DNA of 64,000 bases from Nemertoderma westbladi (GCA_032718475.1 JAUCBJ010007930.1:57724-121723), one strand, 5' to 3'. Numbered from the stretch's first letter, positions 35,736-47,944 are shown. Made by a program: numbers and translations. Notes: a model not told the origin generated them from the letters alone.

Positions 35736-37616
35736 ATGGGCGAAGTCGATTTGGTGAACAGAGATCCTAATGATCTTAACAGTTTTGCCAGGGTGAGTAG
35801 AAAAGTAATGATAATATGACTTTGTCAAGGGTGCAGGGGGCAGGGGGCAGGGGAGTATTCGGAATGAATGCTACTAGCCAGGGCGCTTCTCTGCCTTGGA
35901 TCGTTTTAAATAGTTTCCTTAATAATTTCCCCATATGAATGGTATTCACTGGGTGAATACAGTCTAATAAACATTGGGATCTAATCTTCACTGATTAGAT
36001 CAGATCTTGAATGTCTGTCTGTTCTGCAGCATAGTGTCTCGGTTCCTTATGCGAAACCCTGTTTCTCGTTGCAACATTTTGTGACTCATTTAGCACATGG
36101 ATTAAACCATTGTGTCTAGTGAGGATTGTTGTGAACTGAAACTAAACTGCAATTGGAATTGTTTTTGGTATTTCTTCTGAACTGAAACTAATTATTATAA
36201 AGGGCCTACTGGAACTGCTTTCCTTTAGATTTAAAACTAAAATCATTATTTATAAATTGGAATTATACAACTTTTTATAGTACATACATAATTACTATAG
36301 ATACCACCCGCCAAGCCGCTGCAAAGCTCATAAATTTAGTGGGCCTGTTATTTCTCTTAGTTAGAATCCCATAAACAATAGTTCTAGGGTCTAAAGCGTC
36401 GAAAGTACGTGGCCATAACTAAAATTATGTCCTCTTTCAAATGAGGCAAATAAAATTTGTAATAGCTCTAGTAGTGTTCGAGATATGAGGGAGTTCCTGG
36501 CTCCCATTTTAACACCTTGGGGATATTAAAAAAAAATTACTCAAAATACGCCTCCCTATAAAGAATTTAGTATAAACCATACTGTATTATCTTTTAATTA
36601 TCATATTTTGGTGTATTGAATTCATTATTAACAATCAAATGTGAGATTATAAGACAAAACACCGATTTCTAATACATAGAAATAGACATTAATTATTATT
36701 AATAATGAATTCAACACAACAAAAATTAATATAATAATGATTATATCACAAAGTCTTTAAAGGAAAGTCTTTAAATTACGAAACGTTCTGAAATGGGTGC
36801 CAGGAACTCCTCATACTGCTGGAGCTATTACATTTTATTAGCCTAATTTCAAAGAGAACTTAATTTTAATTCGGGCCAAGTACTTCGACGCGCTATTTTT
36901 TCATCGACTTTTCATATTCCCCCCGTTGGAACTTTGATCTAGCATTTATCCTGTTCTAGAACCTCTAGAATAGTGTATTAAAAAACGAGCCAGTGTTGAT
37001 AATAAGTAATATTTAATTGATACGTCGAAGTAGTTGTGTAATGTGGTGAGAAAATAAGAAATGATGAATGATGTGAAATAAGGAATGAGGAGGGAAGTAA
37101 AACTACAGTTGTAGTTTCAAATTTCATGCAATCTGATAAGGATTAGTAGATTTGCTTTTATTGGAGGGGGTTTCAATGTCCAAGTCACTGAATTGTGACA
37201 CTATATTTTAGAACATAGTGTTAGTGTATCCAATGGGGCGGTTAAAATATGGTATTAACATTGACTTATTGTTGATATTTTAGAGTTTATTTGAGGACAC
37301 CCTTGGAGAACCAGAAGGCACCCATTCGATAGATTGTCTTTGGACGAATTCTTCCAAATGTTACAATGGCGGGAAGAAATGTTGCTATCTGTGTCTTAGC
37401 ACCATAATGGGTTTACCTGCTGCTCTTTGCTGGGGTTGGATGTTTGCCGTTCTCAGCTTCGAGATGATTTGGTGTTTCACGCCAATGGTACGATTCTACA
37501 AGATCGAGCTGTCTGCATTTAAAGTCCTCATCAAGGCTTGTGTCAGCGTTCTCTGCGAACCGTGTTGCGAGAGCTGCGGAAAGTGCCTCGGAAATATGAA
37601 ATTATCGAAAGGCTGA
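35736..37616 (+). CDS. CAV: Caveolin, two exons (35736-35792, 37284-37616), 129 aa
   Basis: MGEVDLVNRDPNDLNSFAR|SLFEDTLGEPEGTHSIDCLW...GLPAALCWGWMFAVLSFEMIWCFTP...; FEDxxxEP signature; phase-0 GT-AG intron at the position conserved in caveolins. Confidence 0.92.
36390..36895. mobile_element. MITE/foldback-like element in the caveolin intron
   Basis: gcgtcgaaagtacgtggcc...atgaggggagttcctggctcccattt mirrored by aaatgggtgccaggaactcctcat...ggccaagtacttcgacgc. Confidence 0.55.
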
Positions 37617-37971
37617 ATGAACTCAATTAAAGTAGTGATGTAAGCCTACTTGCACTGTACAGTAGAATATAATTTTCAAACTTCCGCTTATATTATTGCA
37701 AACTTGAGTATTATTTTATATCAAATTTGTTTTATAGCAAATTTGAATCATTATTTAGGCCTACAACGTAATTATGCTGTTGTAGCCTAGTTGCTAAATT
37801 GTTGCTGTTTTTTAATCGTGTAAAAATATTTTTTATATTGCTCCAGCTTATACTCGCACCCTTAATCAGCTTTGCGGTCTACACAACACACTAATGTTCT
37901 TCTGCGTTTCGCACAGATATATTTTAATTCATTATAACTTTCGATATATTGTTCGTATATCTGTGATTATC

Positions 37972-38190
37972 AGGGTCCATTATGCTGGTAGAGTGCCCAC
38001 CCACTTTGATCTTTGCTGGGATGTCCCGGGTTCGAACCCCTTTGCTAGCCAGCTACAATTTGTAACTGGGCAGCAATATGAGAACTTGGTTTCTGCTTGG
38101 TGAGAAAAAGAAAAGGGTTGGATATGGACAGTGTTTTCAACTTGGGAGCGAAAGAGGAGCCATCCCTACCTTACAGTTAACCCACTACTA
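37972..38190 (+). mobile_element. Possible tRNA-derived SINE
   Basis: tggtagagtg ... gggttcgaacccc B-box. Confidence 0.4.
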
Positions 38191-38852
38191 CTATAATGTA
38201 CTGTACTAAATAATGAAGCACATTGTTATATTTAAGAAACCAAAAGCATTGTTAATATTTACCATATCACTGAAAAACAATATGCCGCAGGACATCATTA
38301 TGACCATCGCTAATTATGTCTATAATTTATGTCAGGTAATACGTCATAGGTCCTATAGTCGTTAGGTCCCGTGACATAATGTCCTGTGACAATAGATCCT
38401 TAGTTACAACAGCTATGATTACTAGTATAAAATTAATCTGTAACATGTGCTATCGAGTCTCGTTTATTGTTTTGGTTAGAATAATACCGGTCCGTCACTA
38501 TATAACCTGCACCCTTCTCGACTGAAAAAACGACATGAACAGTACCAACCTGTTGTGGATGGGGGTGGGGGTCAGTGGAATTGGGGTTCTATAGACTGAT
38601 GAACGAAACGAGAGTACATGTACAGTATTTAATATTTTTAATTAGGGAAGAATATTAATTGAATTAACTGAATCATTTCAATGTTTTTGTTCGAACATTT
38701 AAACAATTTCACAAGGGGGGTGGGGGTTTATCAGGAAACTTAACAAAACAAGCTGTAAATTACTTAATGAGTTATTATGTTAATTACTATGATATTTACA
38801 ATATTCATACATCAGAAAAACTTATTATTTTAATTCAAATCTCAACAACATA

Positions 38853-38962
38853 AGCTCCGGATTGGCTCCGGGTTAATTTTCCCGGAGCCGGAACCAGAGC
38901 CGGAACTAGAAAATAGGCCCGGAGCTCCGGATTTCCGGAGCCGGAGCTCTGTCGCATCCCTA
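38853..38962. mobile_element. Right end of a hAT-like element
   Basis: ggagccgga subterminal repeats ending in catcccta, the same terminal type as 22087-23804; left end not found. Confidence 0.5.
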
Positions 38963-39347
38963 GTCGGTACACTTTTAGGAGTATGCGAGCTTAGAATGCG
39001 GGTGTGTACCAATCAACAGTCGGTCTGTCAGCAAATGTTTGAAGGATAATAACTCAGTCAATCTTTGATGAAATAACACAAAAATTTGAAAGTCTGAAAT
39101 ATAATTTGCATGGTGTGATATTGACTGATTATTATATAATAAATTATATATATATATACATTATGATAAGATTGCTTACATTGTCCTGCGAGAAGACCTC
39201 GTGAACGTGTTATATAGTCTTACCATCTGTTTATACGGTAGCTATAGACAGATAGCAAGGCTAGCTAAAAAAAATATGAAATATTTTCAATTTGAGTCAC
39301 CAACTCCATATAATTATGTCCAACCAATTAATGAGGTCAATCTTTAT

Positions 39348-40916
39348 CTAGTCAGATTTATCAAAATAAACATCTTCACAATCCCGTTGGCAAGTTAATA
39401 AATCATCGTAAGATGAATCCTTATCGACAGTAGAAAAATCGAAATCCCCATCCAACCCGGATAAAAACCGTTCCTTCATAATATTAACGAATTCTTTGTT
39501 TAGTAGTTGTTTACTATCATTACTAATAACTGATACAATACGCGATTCTTTCTGTGTTTCACTATTAGGAAATTCTCCCCACCCTGTTTGGGTTTCCCTT
39601 TTAGATAATTCTCCCCACCACCCTGTTTGGGTTTCCCTTTTAGATAATTCTCCGCACCCTGTTTGGGTTTCCCTTTTAGATTGATCTCCGCACCCTGTTT
39701 GGGTTTCCCTTTTAGATAATTCTCCCCACACTGTTTGGGATTCCCTTTTAGATAATTCTCCGCACCCTGTTTGGGATTCCCTTTTAGATAATTCTCCCCA
39801 CCCTGTTTGGGATTCCCTTTTAGATAATTCTCCGCACCCTGTTTGGGTTTCCCTTTTAGATTGATCTCCGCACCCTGTTTGGGTTTCCCTTTTAGATAAT
39901 TCTCCCCACCCTGTTTGGGATTCCCTTTTAGATAATTCTCCGCACCCTGTTTGGGATTCCCTTTTAGATAATTCTCCGCACCCTGTTTGGGTTTCCCTTT
40001 TAGATAATTCTCCCCACATCCTACCGTCTCTCCCAGATCTACTCTCCTCATCACCGCCACCCACCTCCACCTCGCTATTCAACCTTTCTAACAATTCCTT
40101 ATTCTCTATTTCTTCCAAAATGAATTCTGATAATTTAAATTCCCCGCGCGGCCTCCCGACTAGCGATTGGCGTTCCCTAGGCGACAGATACTGCCCAATC
40201 AGCTGCTCGTATAGCACGGGATCTCTGGATCGCATCGCACGCTCGCTGAAGTAATCGGAATGTTCCATTAAGCGTTGCATCGCGAGGAATCTTCGGTTCC
40301 GAACGATTCTCTCTGCGTCGGATGCGGAGCGATTCAGCTGAACTTCCGTTTCCCGAACGTAAAAATCCAACTCACTTTTATCAGATAAATTTCCTGGTGA
40401 TAAATTCCTGAAATAATTCAAATATTCGTTGGTTAAAATATCTCCGTAGTGTTTTAGAAAATCAGTCGGTTTTACTCTTAGTAATTCAGTCAGATAATTA
40501 ATTTTCTCTAAGTCGGTAAGTTCCAAATCATTTTGCTGCAACGAAATTCCAATAATTTCGTGTTTTGATTTGACCACCAAACTCGATATCTCTCGTCTTA
40601 GTGTCCCTAAATCATTTTCACATGAGATCCCATCGCAATTTACATACTGGTCAAGTACCGTTGGTTGGCTGGAATCTCCATGGCAGCATGATTCTTTACT
40701 AAGAGAATCAACCTTGCAGGCGGGATGGATAAATTTCTCACGATCTCTGGAATGTTTCTCCTTTAATTTATCAACCGCCTGAAGCATTAATAGAACTGAA
40801 CTGTCGCCTTCGCGGTCTTCTTCATCGCCGGCGGGATTTGGTGATTCAATATATCTCGAAGAACAACTTCTAACTTTAGGTCCAACTTCGCACTTGGTAC
40901 TTCGCACTGCAGACAT
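39348..40916 (-). CDS. CCDC97: Coiled-coil domain-containing protein 97, intronless, with an internal 12-aa repeat
   Basis: RNRRFLAMQRLMEHSDYFSERAMRSRDPVLYEQLIGQYL; C-terminal EFVNIMKERFLSGLDGDFDFSTVDKDSSYDD...YFD. Confidence 0.9.
   Translation of the reverse strand: MSAVRSTKCEVGPKVRSCSSRYIESPNPAGDEEDREGDSSVLLMLQAVDKLKEKHSRDREKFIHPACKVDSLSKESCCHGDSSQPTVLDQYVNCDGISCENDLGTLRREISSLVVKSKHEIIGISLQQNDLELTDLEKINYLTELLRVKPTDFLKHYGDILTNEYLNYFRNLSPGNLSDKSELDFYVRETEVQLNRSASDAERIVRNRRFLAMQRLMEHSDYFSERAMRSRDPVLYEQLIGQYLSPRERQSLVGRPRGEFKLSEFILEEIENKELLERLNSEVEVGGGDEESRSGRDGRMWGELSKRETQTGCGELSKRESQTGCGELSKRESQTGWGELSKRETQTGCGDQSKRETQTGCGELSKRESQTGWGELSKRESQTGCGELSKRESQTVWGELSKRETQTGCGDQSKRETQTGCGELSKRETQTGWWGELSKRETQTGWGEFPNSETQKESRIVSVISNDSKQLLNKEFVNIMKERFLSGLDGDFDFSTVDKDSSYDDLLTCQRDCEDVYFDKSD
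39570..40018 (-). repeat. 36-bp coding minisatellite (~12 copies), (W/C)GELSKRE(T/S)QTG
   Basis: ccctgtttgggtttcccttttagataattctccgca units. Confidence 0.95.
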
Positions 40917-41224
40917 TCGGTACCGGTACGGTATAAATTTGCTTAATGGCCTAATGCTATGGCTGTAGTTCTGGGGTTTGTCTATTTGCCGTATGTGTAG
41001 TTGTGTAGGTATTTCAGTATTTGAAAGAGTTCCCGTAGCCTACCGTAGGCTACCGCTACCGCATGTCTGTATGTGGGACGTATTTGCCCGTATTCAGGAA
41101 GCAGAATCAGTGCACTGCTTACCGCTAACGGTACTGTACGTGGCAACCTGCTCCCGGTACCAGGGGTTTGTAAATTATCTGTGAATTTTTTTTTTTTCAA
41201 GGATATTTTTTATTATTTATCATT

Positions 41225-41378
41225 GTTATGAAATAATGATAATAGGCCTAATTATTATGAAATAATGATAATAATTATTATGAAATAATGATAATAATTA
41301 TTATGAAATAATGATAATAATTATTATGAAATAATGATAATAATTAATATGAAATAATGATAATAATTATTATGAAAT
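41225..41378. repeat. 23-bp AT-rich minisatellite (~6 copies)
   Basis: attattatgaaataatgataata units. Confidence 0.85.
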
Positions 41379-42530
41379 ATTGCCCCTCAGTGTAATCCAC
41401 GAGCAGACGATAAAGATAAACGGCAGACTAGAGAACTATGGACTGGACTGGTAGGCCCCCTTTGAATGCCACAGCTAATGTGTAATGGTCTAGTACATAT
41501 CTGCCAAGTTCCAGCTTGTACGGTACCCTTGATAGCATTTTCTCCAAAATATTGATCAAAATGTGGCTTAACACCTTTTGGAAAACTTCAAATTTGGAAA
41601 AACGTTAATTTGTCAAAAGGTATCATACTGTATGTCTACTAAAAAGATGTCAAGCCACACAATTATTATGTGGATTAAACCTTTTTTGCAATATTATTTG
41701 TGGTTTAACACTCTTTGACTAATCACAAATCCGGATTGTGGCATAACTTTCTTCTATTTTTAAGGCATTTCTTCGTATTATTGGGCAATAGGATCTCATA
41801 ATTAGGTAGATTACGACACTTTCCTCTATCGAATGATACCAAAAACTCAATTTCGACAAAATGTGGGATATTTCTCCTTCACTCTCACCCTTGATTATAT
41901 TTTTTGCCCAATTTTCCCTTCTCAGATTTTTCGCCAAATTCTCTCTCTCTCTGAGTTTTCGCCCCCCTTCTTTGGTTCACAGCTGTGACAAAACTACCTC
42001 AGCGGCTTTTCTGTTGCCCTGATGTATATTTGCAAATTATATTTTTTTAAACGCATGATGTGTTTTTCAACACTGGTATTGTAAGTGATGTATATCCAAA
42101 ATAATTAATTACATCAGTTGTAAATTCACAGCAATGATAAAATTTACAGCAGGTAGACGTAGCAATAAAATGCTGATGTTAATTTACAAATGATATTTTA
42201 AAAAATACACCATTGCAGCATTCGCTTTACCGCATACGGCCATGCTGTACCGGTACTTTTGTATTTACGGACTGTAAACTTTATTTTGCAATTTTGGCAT
42301 CTGAATAACATCTTTAATAACAGTCAATAATACTGTAATATTTCAGTATTTATACAAATGGTTACCGTAACAGGCTTCCATACCGTCAGCCCTGCAGCCT
42401 GTCTGCGGTAAGTAGAAGTTAATCGCCGGAATAAGTGTAACGGTACTCCCCAAACAGATATGAGCCGAGGATTGAATAGGCCTATATATTTCGATTTATC
42501 ATATCTCAGGTTACCGCTATCTGGGTAGGT

Positions 42531-43277
42531 ATGGAACCGACTAAAAACCTCCCAGACCCAGTTGATTGCAGCGATCCCGAGGACGAGATCCTCGAAAGTG
42601 CGTTAAATGACTTCCTTAATAAACCAAACCGAGCTGCCGTGGTTGAACCGAACCGAAGTCATCCCAAAGTAACTCCGGACTCAGAGACACGCCCAGAGTC
42701 TAGCGACGCCGCAGACACCCCCAGCGCGGTACCGGATCCTCCTTTAGATTCCATAGAAAACGACCTATCGAGGTGTATGGCCGATGTTCTATCCCATCTA
42801 AGTGATTCTCCTGGCGGGAACATCGATTTGGGAGTGGAAGGTTTCCTGAATTCCTTAGAGAATCCATCTGCAGACGGTTCTTCCGAAAGCGACTTGGAAA
42901 GAAACATGGAGTTTATGTTCCACAATATGTTAAAGACTATTTTATCGAAAGATATGATTTACGATCCAATGAAGGATTTGCGCTGTCGCTATGACATCTG
43001 GTTGAGGGAACATCGGGAGACATTACCGAGAGAGAAGCAGTTAGTTTGTGAGTCTCAACTGGAGGTTATTAATAAAATCGTTAGGGGTTACGAGACCGAT
43101 ATATCGCCGGAAGTAATGATATCGTTAATGCAATCGTTACAGGAATCGGGTCCGTTACCAGAGGATGTAGCTCCCATCCAACCTGGGGAGCAAGGGAGTA
43201 ACTCCTTCAGTGGCCCCGATGTAAACTCATTAATGCAGTCCCTGGACGCTATTCCTGCGGACTGTAAGCAGCAGTAA
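42531..43277 (+). CDS. PEX19: Peroxisomal biogenesis factor 19, intronless
   Basis: N-terminal DEILESALNDF Pex3-binding-like motif; ILSKDMIYDPMKDL...YDIWL...Q; LMQSLQESGPLPEDV; C-terminal CaaX-type CKQQ. Confidence 0.9.
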   Translation: MEPTKNLPDPVDCSDPEDEILESALNDFLNKPNRAAVVEPNRSHPKVTPDSETRPESSDAADTPSAVPDPPLDSIENDLSRCMADVLSHLSDSPGGNIDLGVEGFLNSLENPSADGSSESDLERNMEFMFHNMLKTILSKDMIYDPMKDLRCRYDIWLREHRETLPREKQLVCESQLEVINKIVRGYETDISPEVMISLMQSLQESGPLPEDVAPIQPGEQGSNSFSGPDVNSLMQSLDAIPADCKQQ

Positions 43278-43960
43278 TACTATATTTTATATGCGAAATA
43301 TTATTTAATAAATCTTTATTATTTATTTTGAGTGAAAATATAATATACAATATTCAAAATTTTGGATGAAGTATTTTTCTACTCGTGCTGCTATCTGACT
43401 AAACTATAAGATTCGAGTTGAATCACTGTTTTCTGTTTTACTAACTTTAACTTGTTGGAATGAGGTTTCTATAAATAGATTATGACTTTCAACACTGATT
43501 ACATCGTTACATTAAACACTTTTTTTTTCTGTGTCACGTATACTGTAAATTAATATTTTGATCCGGACACATTATATTTTCTCAACCGCCGGTACATAAC
43601 TTAATATTTCTTATTTAATTTCTTCTGTATATTTAATCCTCGTGGCACATAATTTAGTTTATTTACGAATGAAAGCGATAGTGATGTTCAACGCTCTAAC
43701 ATCGCGTTCTTAAACTATCTGAAAATTTCAGTCTTAGTTTTTCTTAAATTCTTCTAAATTTATAACATCAGATAATAACATCTTAACTAGAAACGTGTTA
43801 CCAGTATCACGTCTGACTGATAAAATTGTAATCTACATATATAATTAATTATATATGAAATAATTGTATTTTTATTAAATTTACTTTGATAATGATAATT
43901 ATTTATTAGATATTACACGGAAAAAAGTAGAACGTTGTCGACGACAGATAGTAGTTAGAA

Positions 43961-45114
43961 CGAGTTAACTGGGGCCGGTAACTGGGGGCAAGATTTTTTT
44001 TACAACAATTTGATATGGGGAGAGTTCTATAAATTTTAATTTGCTGCAATTTGGTCAATAGACGTAATTGAAGCATCCTCGTTAAGCAAGATACTAAATT
44101 TTATGGTAGCTAGTGTTTTAGGTAGGTTTAGCTAGTAATTTCGACACTGGTTCCGACATCCTGCTTCCCTGTATAAATATTTTGTAGTAGGTAGTTATTG
44201 TTACTATTTGTATAGAAATAGAAAATGTTCCAGAACATGTTAGCTATTAATTTTTAGAAAAAATTATGTTCTAGAACAAATATTTTTTGTTCTAGAACAT
44301 TTTTTAGAAGTTGTAAAGGGAGTAGATCAAAGAGTCGTCGAGGTAAAGGGAGTAGATCAAGGAGACGTGGAGGAAAGGGGAAGAAGAAAGGAAAGAGAGG
44401 AAGATCGAAGGGGTGTGGGAAGAAAGGAGTGGGAAAGTCGATATCTAATCAATTCGATGTTGCAGCTGGATGGAAGAAGTTGATGATAGGAAAATAAACA
44501 GTTGGAATGTCATTACAGTACTTTAGGTTAATAGATTGTTTATCTTGTCTGTAAATTCAAATATAATTTATAAGAATAAAAAAAAAGTTTTTTAGAAAAA
44601 AATCTGGATTATATTTAAAACGCATGGAATCGTTTTAAAACGTGTTTAAAATCAATAAAAAAATTTTCAAAATTTTTAATTTTTTTTCACAATATTTTTT
44701 TCACAATTTTTTTTATTGATTTTAAACATGTTTTAAAACGATTCCATGCGTTTTAAATATAATCCAGATTTTTTTATAAAAATGTTCTAGAACAAAAAAT
44801 ATTTGTTGTAGAACATAATTAAAAAAAATGAATAGCTAGCATGTTCTGGAACATTTTCTATACAAATAGTAACAAGAACTAGCTACTACAAATTATTTAT
44901 AGAGGGAAGTAGGATGTCGGAACCAGTGTTACTAGCTAAACCTACCTAAAACACTAGCTACCATAAAATTTTGTATCTTACTTAATGAGGATGCTTCAAT
45001 TACGTCCATTGACCAAATTGCAGCAAATGAAAATTTATAGAACTCTCCCCATATCAAAATATCAAATTGTTGTAAAAAAAATCTTGCCCCCAGTCACCGC
45101 CCCCAGTTAACTCG
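43961..45114. mobile_element. Foldback element (long inverted arms) with a purine-rich insert in the left arm
   Basis: cgagttaactgggg...gcaagatttttttt mirrored by ...cttgcccccag...ccccagttaactcg; ~350-bp outer arms plus an inner palindrome at ~44590-44780. Confidence 0.85.
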
Positions 45115-45866
45115 ATGGCATGGCCTTGTATATAGTACGCCTTGATTGTAATACGTAATTTTATTCTTGAATTGGTACGTTTTTGTTTCTTAATTCTTTA
45201 ATATAAGATTAACGAATAATAGTGTTAAAAAAAAATAATTGAACTGCAGTATTTTACTATATTGCTTCATTAGTTACTGCGATTGAAATTATTGTTCTCC
45301 TCAACTCCTGATGCTGCCTTACTCAAAGGTAAATAATTTAGTGTTCTCGAATATTTATTACGTCACTAGAGAGCCGCTTAACTACATACACCAATATTGG
45401 ATATTGAGTTCCGTTTTGGAGTTCGTCTTGCAGACACTAAAGTTGCAAAGAACTTTTGAGTGTGTGAATGGATTTTGCTCAAATTACTTACAAACCTTTT
45501 CTAGTGAACGAGTAACGAGTAAACTGCTTGAATTTTAGAGTAAATTGCTTGAAAACCAAAAATCTTAAAAGAGTATGACTAAACAAGCCAATAGGAGGGC
45601 TCCAATTTCTAATTCGAAATAGAAGTCGTGGATGATTAGCAATTTTGATTGGTCGATGATGCATCCACATGCGAACTCCTTACAGCCTTATGTGGCAGTA
45701 TACAAACTCATCCATTACACATTCCAGCATTCAGACATTACTGCTGTACTGCATTATGCATTAGGCCTATTGAATTCTGTTAACGTCAGCAATTACCAGA
45801 TTACCGTGGAGCCAGATTGTGCTCGGCCACCGAGCACAGGCTGACAGGGTGCAATTCCAGAATTCA

Positions 45867-46892
45867 ATGGGTTTCCGCAGTTGGATCCGCGGCTGGAGGC
45901 GAAACCGACGGATAAATAAACAGGAAGATAAAGTCCAAAGGAAAGTAGTTTACGATTCGCGTCGTAGTATTCTTGGATACTTTAAGGAATTGCGTCGCGG
46001 CTACATAAAAGAGTTACTATGGGGCACGAGTAATCCACTGCGCCAATTACCGTTCGGTAAGCGAACGAGCAAAGAAAACCCTATACCGATAGCATCCGAG
46101 TTAGTAAAACAACAAACCCCAAGGATTGCGACACGGGGATTTATTTTTATCGTCGCCGCTGGTTGCGGTGTAATATTGTATGTAACCAACTCTGCGTATA
46201 ATCGTAAGATTCGTCCGGTGGCGTTAGGGGACGCGTGGGACACGAACTGGGACGGGCGGGAGGGACAAGGGACTGGTAAAGGTAAGACTAAGCATATTCT
46301 ATTGGTTAGGAACGCGCATAGCGAGAATGGCGGTAAGTTAAGCGAGTTAGGTAAATCGCAATGTCAGATGACCGGAAATCGTCTCAAACAAATGAAGCTA
46401 AATATTAAATCAGTGAACTATTCCACCCAACCGGACTCAGTGGCCACAGTAGATCTATTGAAGAAGCAGATTAAAGGCAGGAAGGTTAGTTTCATTGCGA
46501 AAGACAACTTGTTAGGAAGTCTAACCGATTCTAACGCGATAGATTCGGCGTTTAAGGAGTTGATTTACCGACCGATTGATCAGACGACGGATTCCTACGA
46601 ACTAATCGTCGCGGATTCCTTCGCTATAAGTTATTTCGTTCTCAAGGCTTTGCAACTCAACCCGAAACGGACTCGTAACATATGTTTGCCCCATTGCTCC
46701 ATCACTTGGCTGTGTGTTCGTCCCAGTGGGATGGTTTCTGTTAGGAAACTGGGCCAAGCCGGGTTTATGCCGGGAAATAAAGTCACTTACAGCTCGGATA
46801 TTGAGGAAGTTAAACTCATCACTGATTCAACTCGCGTTGTAGAAGAGACTGCCAAAGATATCGGTGTTGGAAGACAAAGAGAAGTCGGATGA
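45867..46892 (+). CDS. PGAM5: PGAM5-like histidine-phosphatase-fold protein, probably catalytically inactive; likely start ATG 45867
   Basis: Hydrophobic segment GFIFIVAAGCGVILYV; WDTNWDGR motif; KHILLVRNA...LSELGKSQCQMTGNRL; YELIV...ISYFVLKALQL; LPHCSITWLCVRPSGMVSVRKLGQAGFMP..KVT. Confidence 0.85.
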   Translation: MGFRSWIRGWRRNRRINKQEDKVQRKVVYDSRRSILGYFKELRRGYIKELLWGTSNPLRQLPFGKRTSKENPIPIASELVKQQTPRIATRGFIFIVAAGCGVILYVTNSAYNRKIRPVALGDAWDTNWDGREGQGTGKGKTKHILLVRNAHSENGGKLSELGKSQCQMTGNRLKQMKLNIKSVNYSTQPDSVATVDLLKKQIKGRKVSFIAKDNLLGSLTDSNAIDSAFKELIYRPIDQTTDSYELIVADSFAISYFVLKALQLNPKRTRNICLPHCSITWLCVRPSGMVSVRKLGQAGFMPGNKVTYSSDIEEVKLITDSTRVVEETAKDIGVGRQREVG

Positions 46893-47475
46893 ACTGGAAC
46901 TAATCAATTAAATTTAGGCTACCTGTATTATTATTACTTTAACATTTCATTACAATATGCGTAATACAGTGAGGGGGGGGGGGGGGCAAATCCCGTCTCG
47001 GTGAACTAATATCTCATAAATGTTAATGGAAATTATTAATTAATGGAAAGGAACAAAGGTTAATAGAAGTTAATCGAACTTTATAGTTTATAGATTTATT
47101 TTTCGAGACAGGGGGGGGGGGGGGGGGGGATACTGGACGCAAATTCCATCTTGGCGAATTAAAATCCCGCCTCAATGTTAAATTCGCAATTTGGGAAAAG
47201 GAAGGAGCAGGTTAGTTACAGTGGCATGTTATTTTAACCAAAACAATAAACTAAACACAATAGAACATGTTACAGTTTTATTTTTGGGGAATAATCAGCT
47301 GTTATTTGCGTCAAATTTCCCCTGAAGAGGGATGGATTTATATTGCGTCAAGTCCCCCCCCCTATCTGTATTTTCAGGGTAATAATTTTAGTAATTTTGA
47401 TTGCTTCCGAATCAAATAAATTCAATACAAATCTATCTTATTATTATTGAATGAATGAATGAATAGATCATTTAT

Positions 47476-47700
47476 AATGTCTTGGGCACAGCGGCCCCCA
47501 ACCAACAATGTCTTGGGCACAGCGGCCCCCAACCAACAATGGCTTGGGCACAGCGGCCCCCAACCAACAATGGCTTGGGCACAGCGGCCCCCAACCAACA
47601 ATGGCTTGGGCACAGCGGCCCCCAACCAACAATGGCTTGGGCACAGCGGCCCCCAACCAACAATGGCTTGGGCACAGCGGCCCCCAACCAACAATGGCTT
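47476..47700. repeat. 31-bp minisatellite (~7 copies)
   Basis: cttgggcacagcggcccccaaccaacaatgg units. Confidence 0.95.
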
Positions 47701-47944
47701 ATAAGACATCAAATTTTATACAAATTAACTACCAAATAATACACAATTAACCAATTTACATCACAAATTAGATACAAGTCAAATTAAATTCTTCCATTTA
47801 TTATTTCGCACCTACAATTGTACAAACCCCTCAACAGCCGTGGCCTATTTACTTGGTCATTGCACATTAAAAATTTCAACTTCTGGCTATTCTCAACATC
47901 ATAAAAATCTTGTGGGAAGAGACACCTATCTAGGGCGTCACATT

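Noticed and set aside
39500-40060. 186-aa ENYLKGKPKQG repeat ORF
   Set aside because: Alternative frame of the 36-bp repeat inside CCDC97
47422-47750. Six overlapping short ORFs
   Set aside because: Artefacts of a stop-free 31-bp minisatellite
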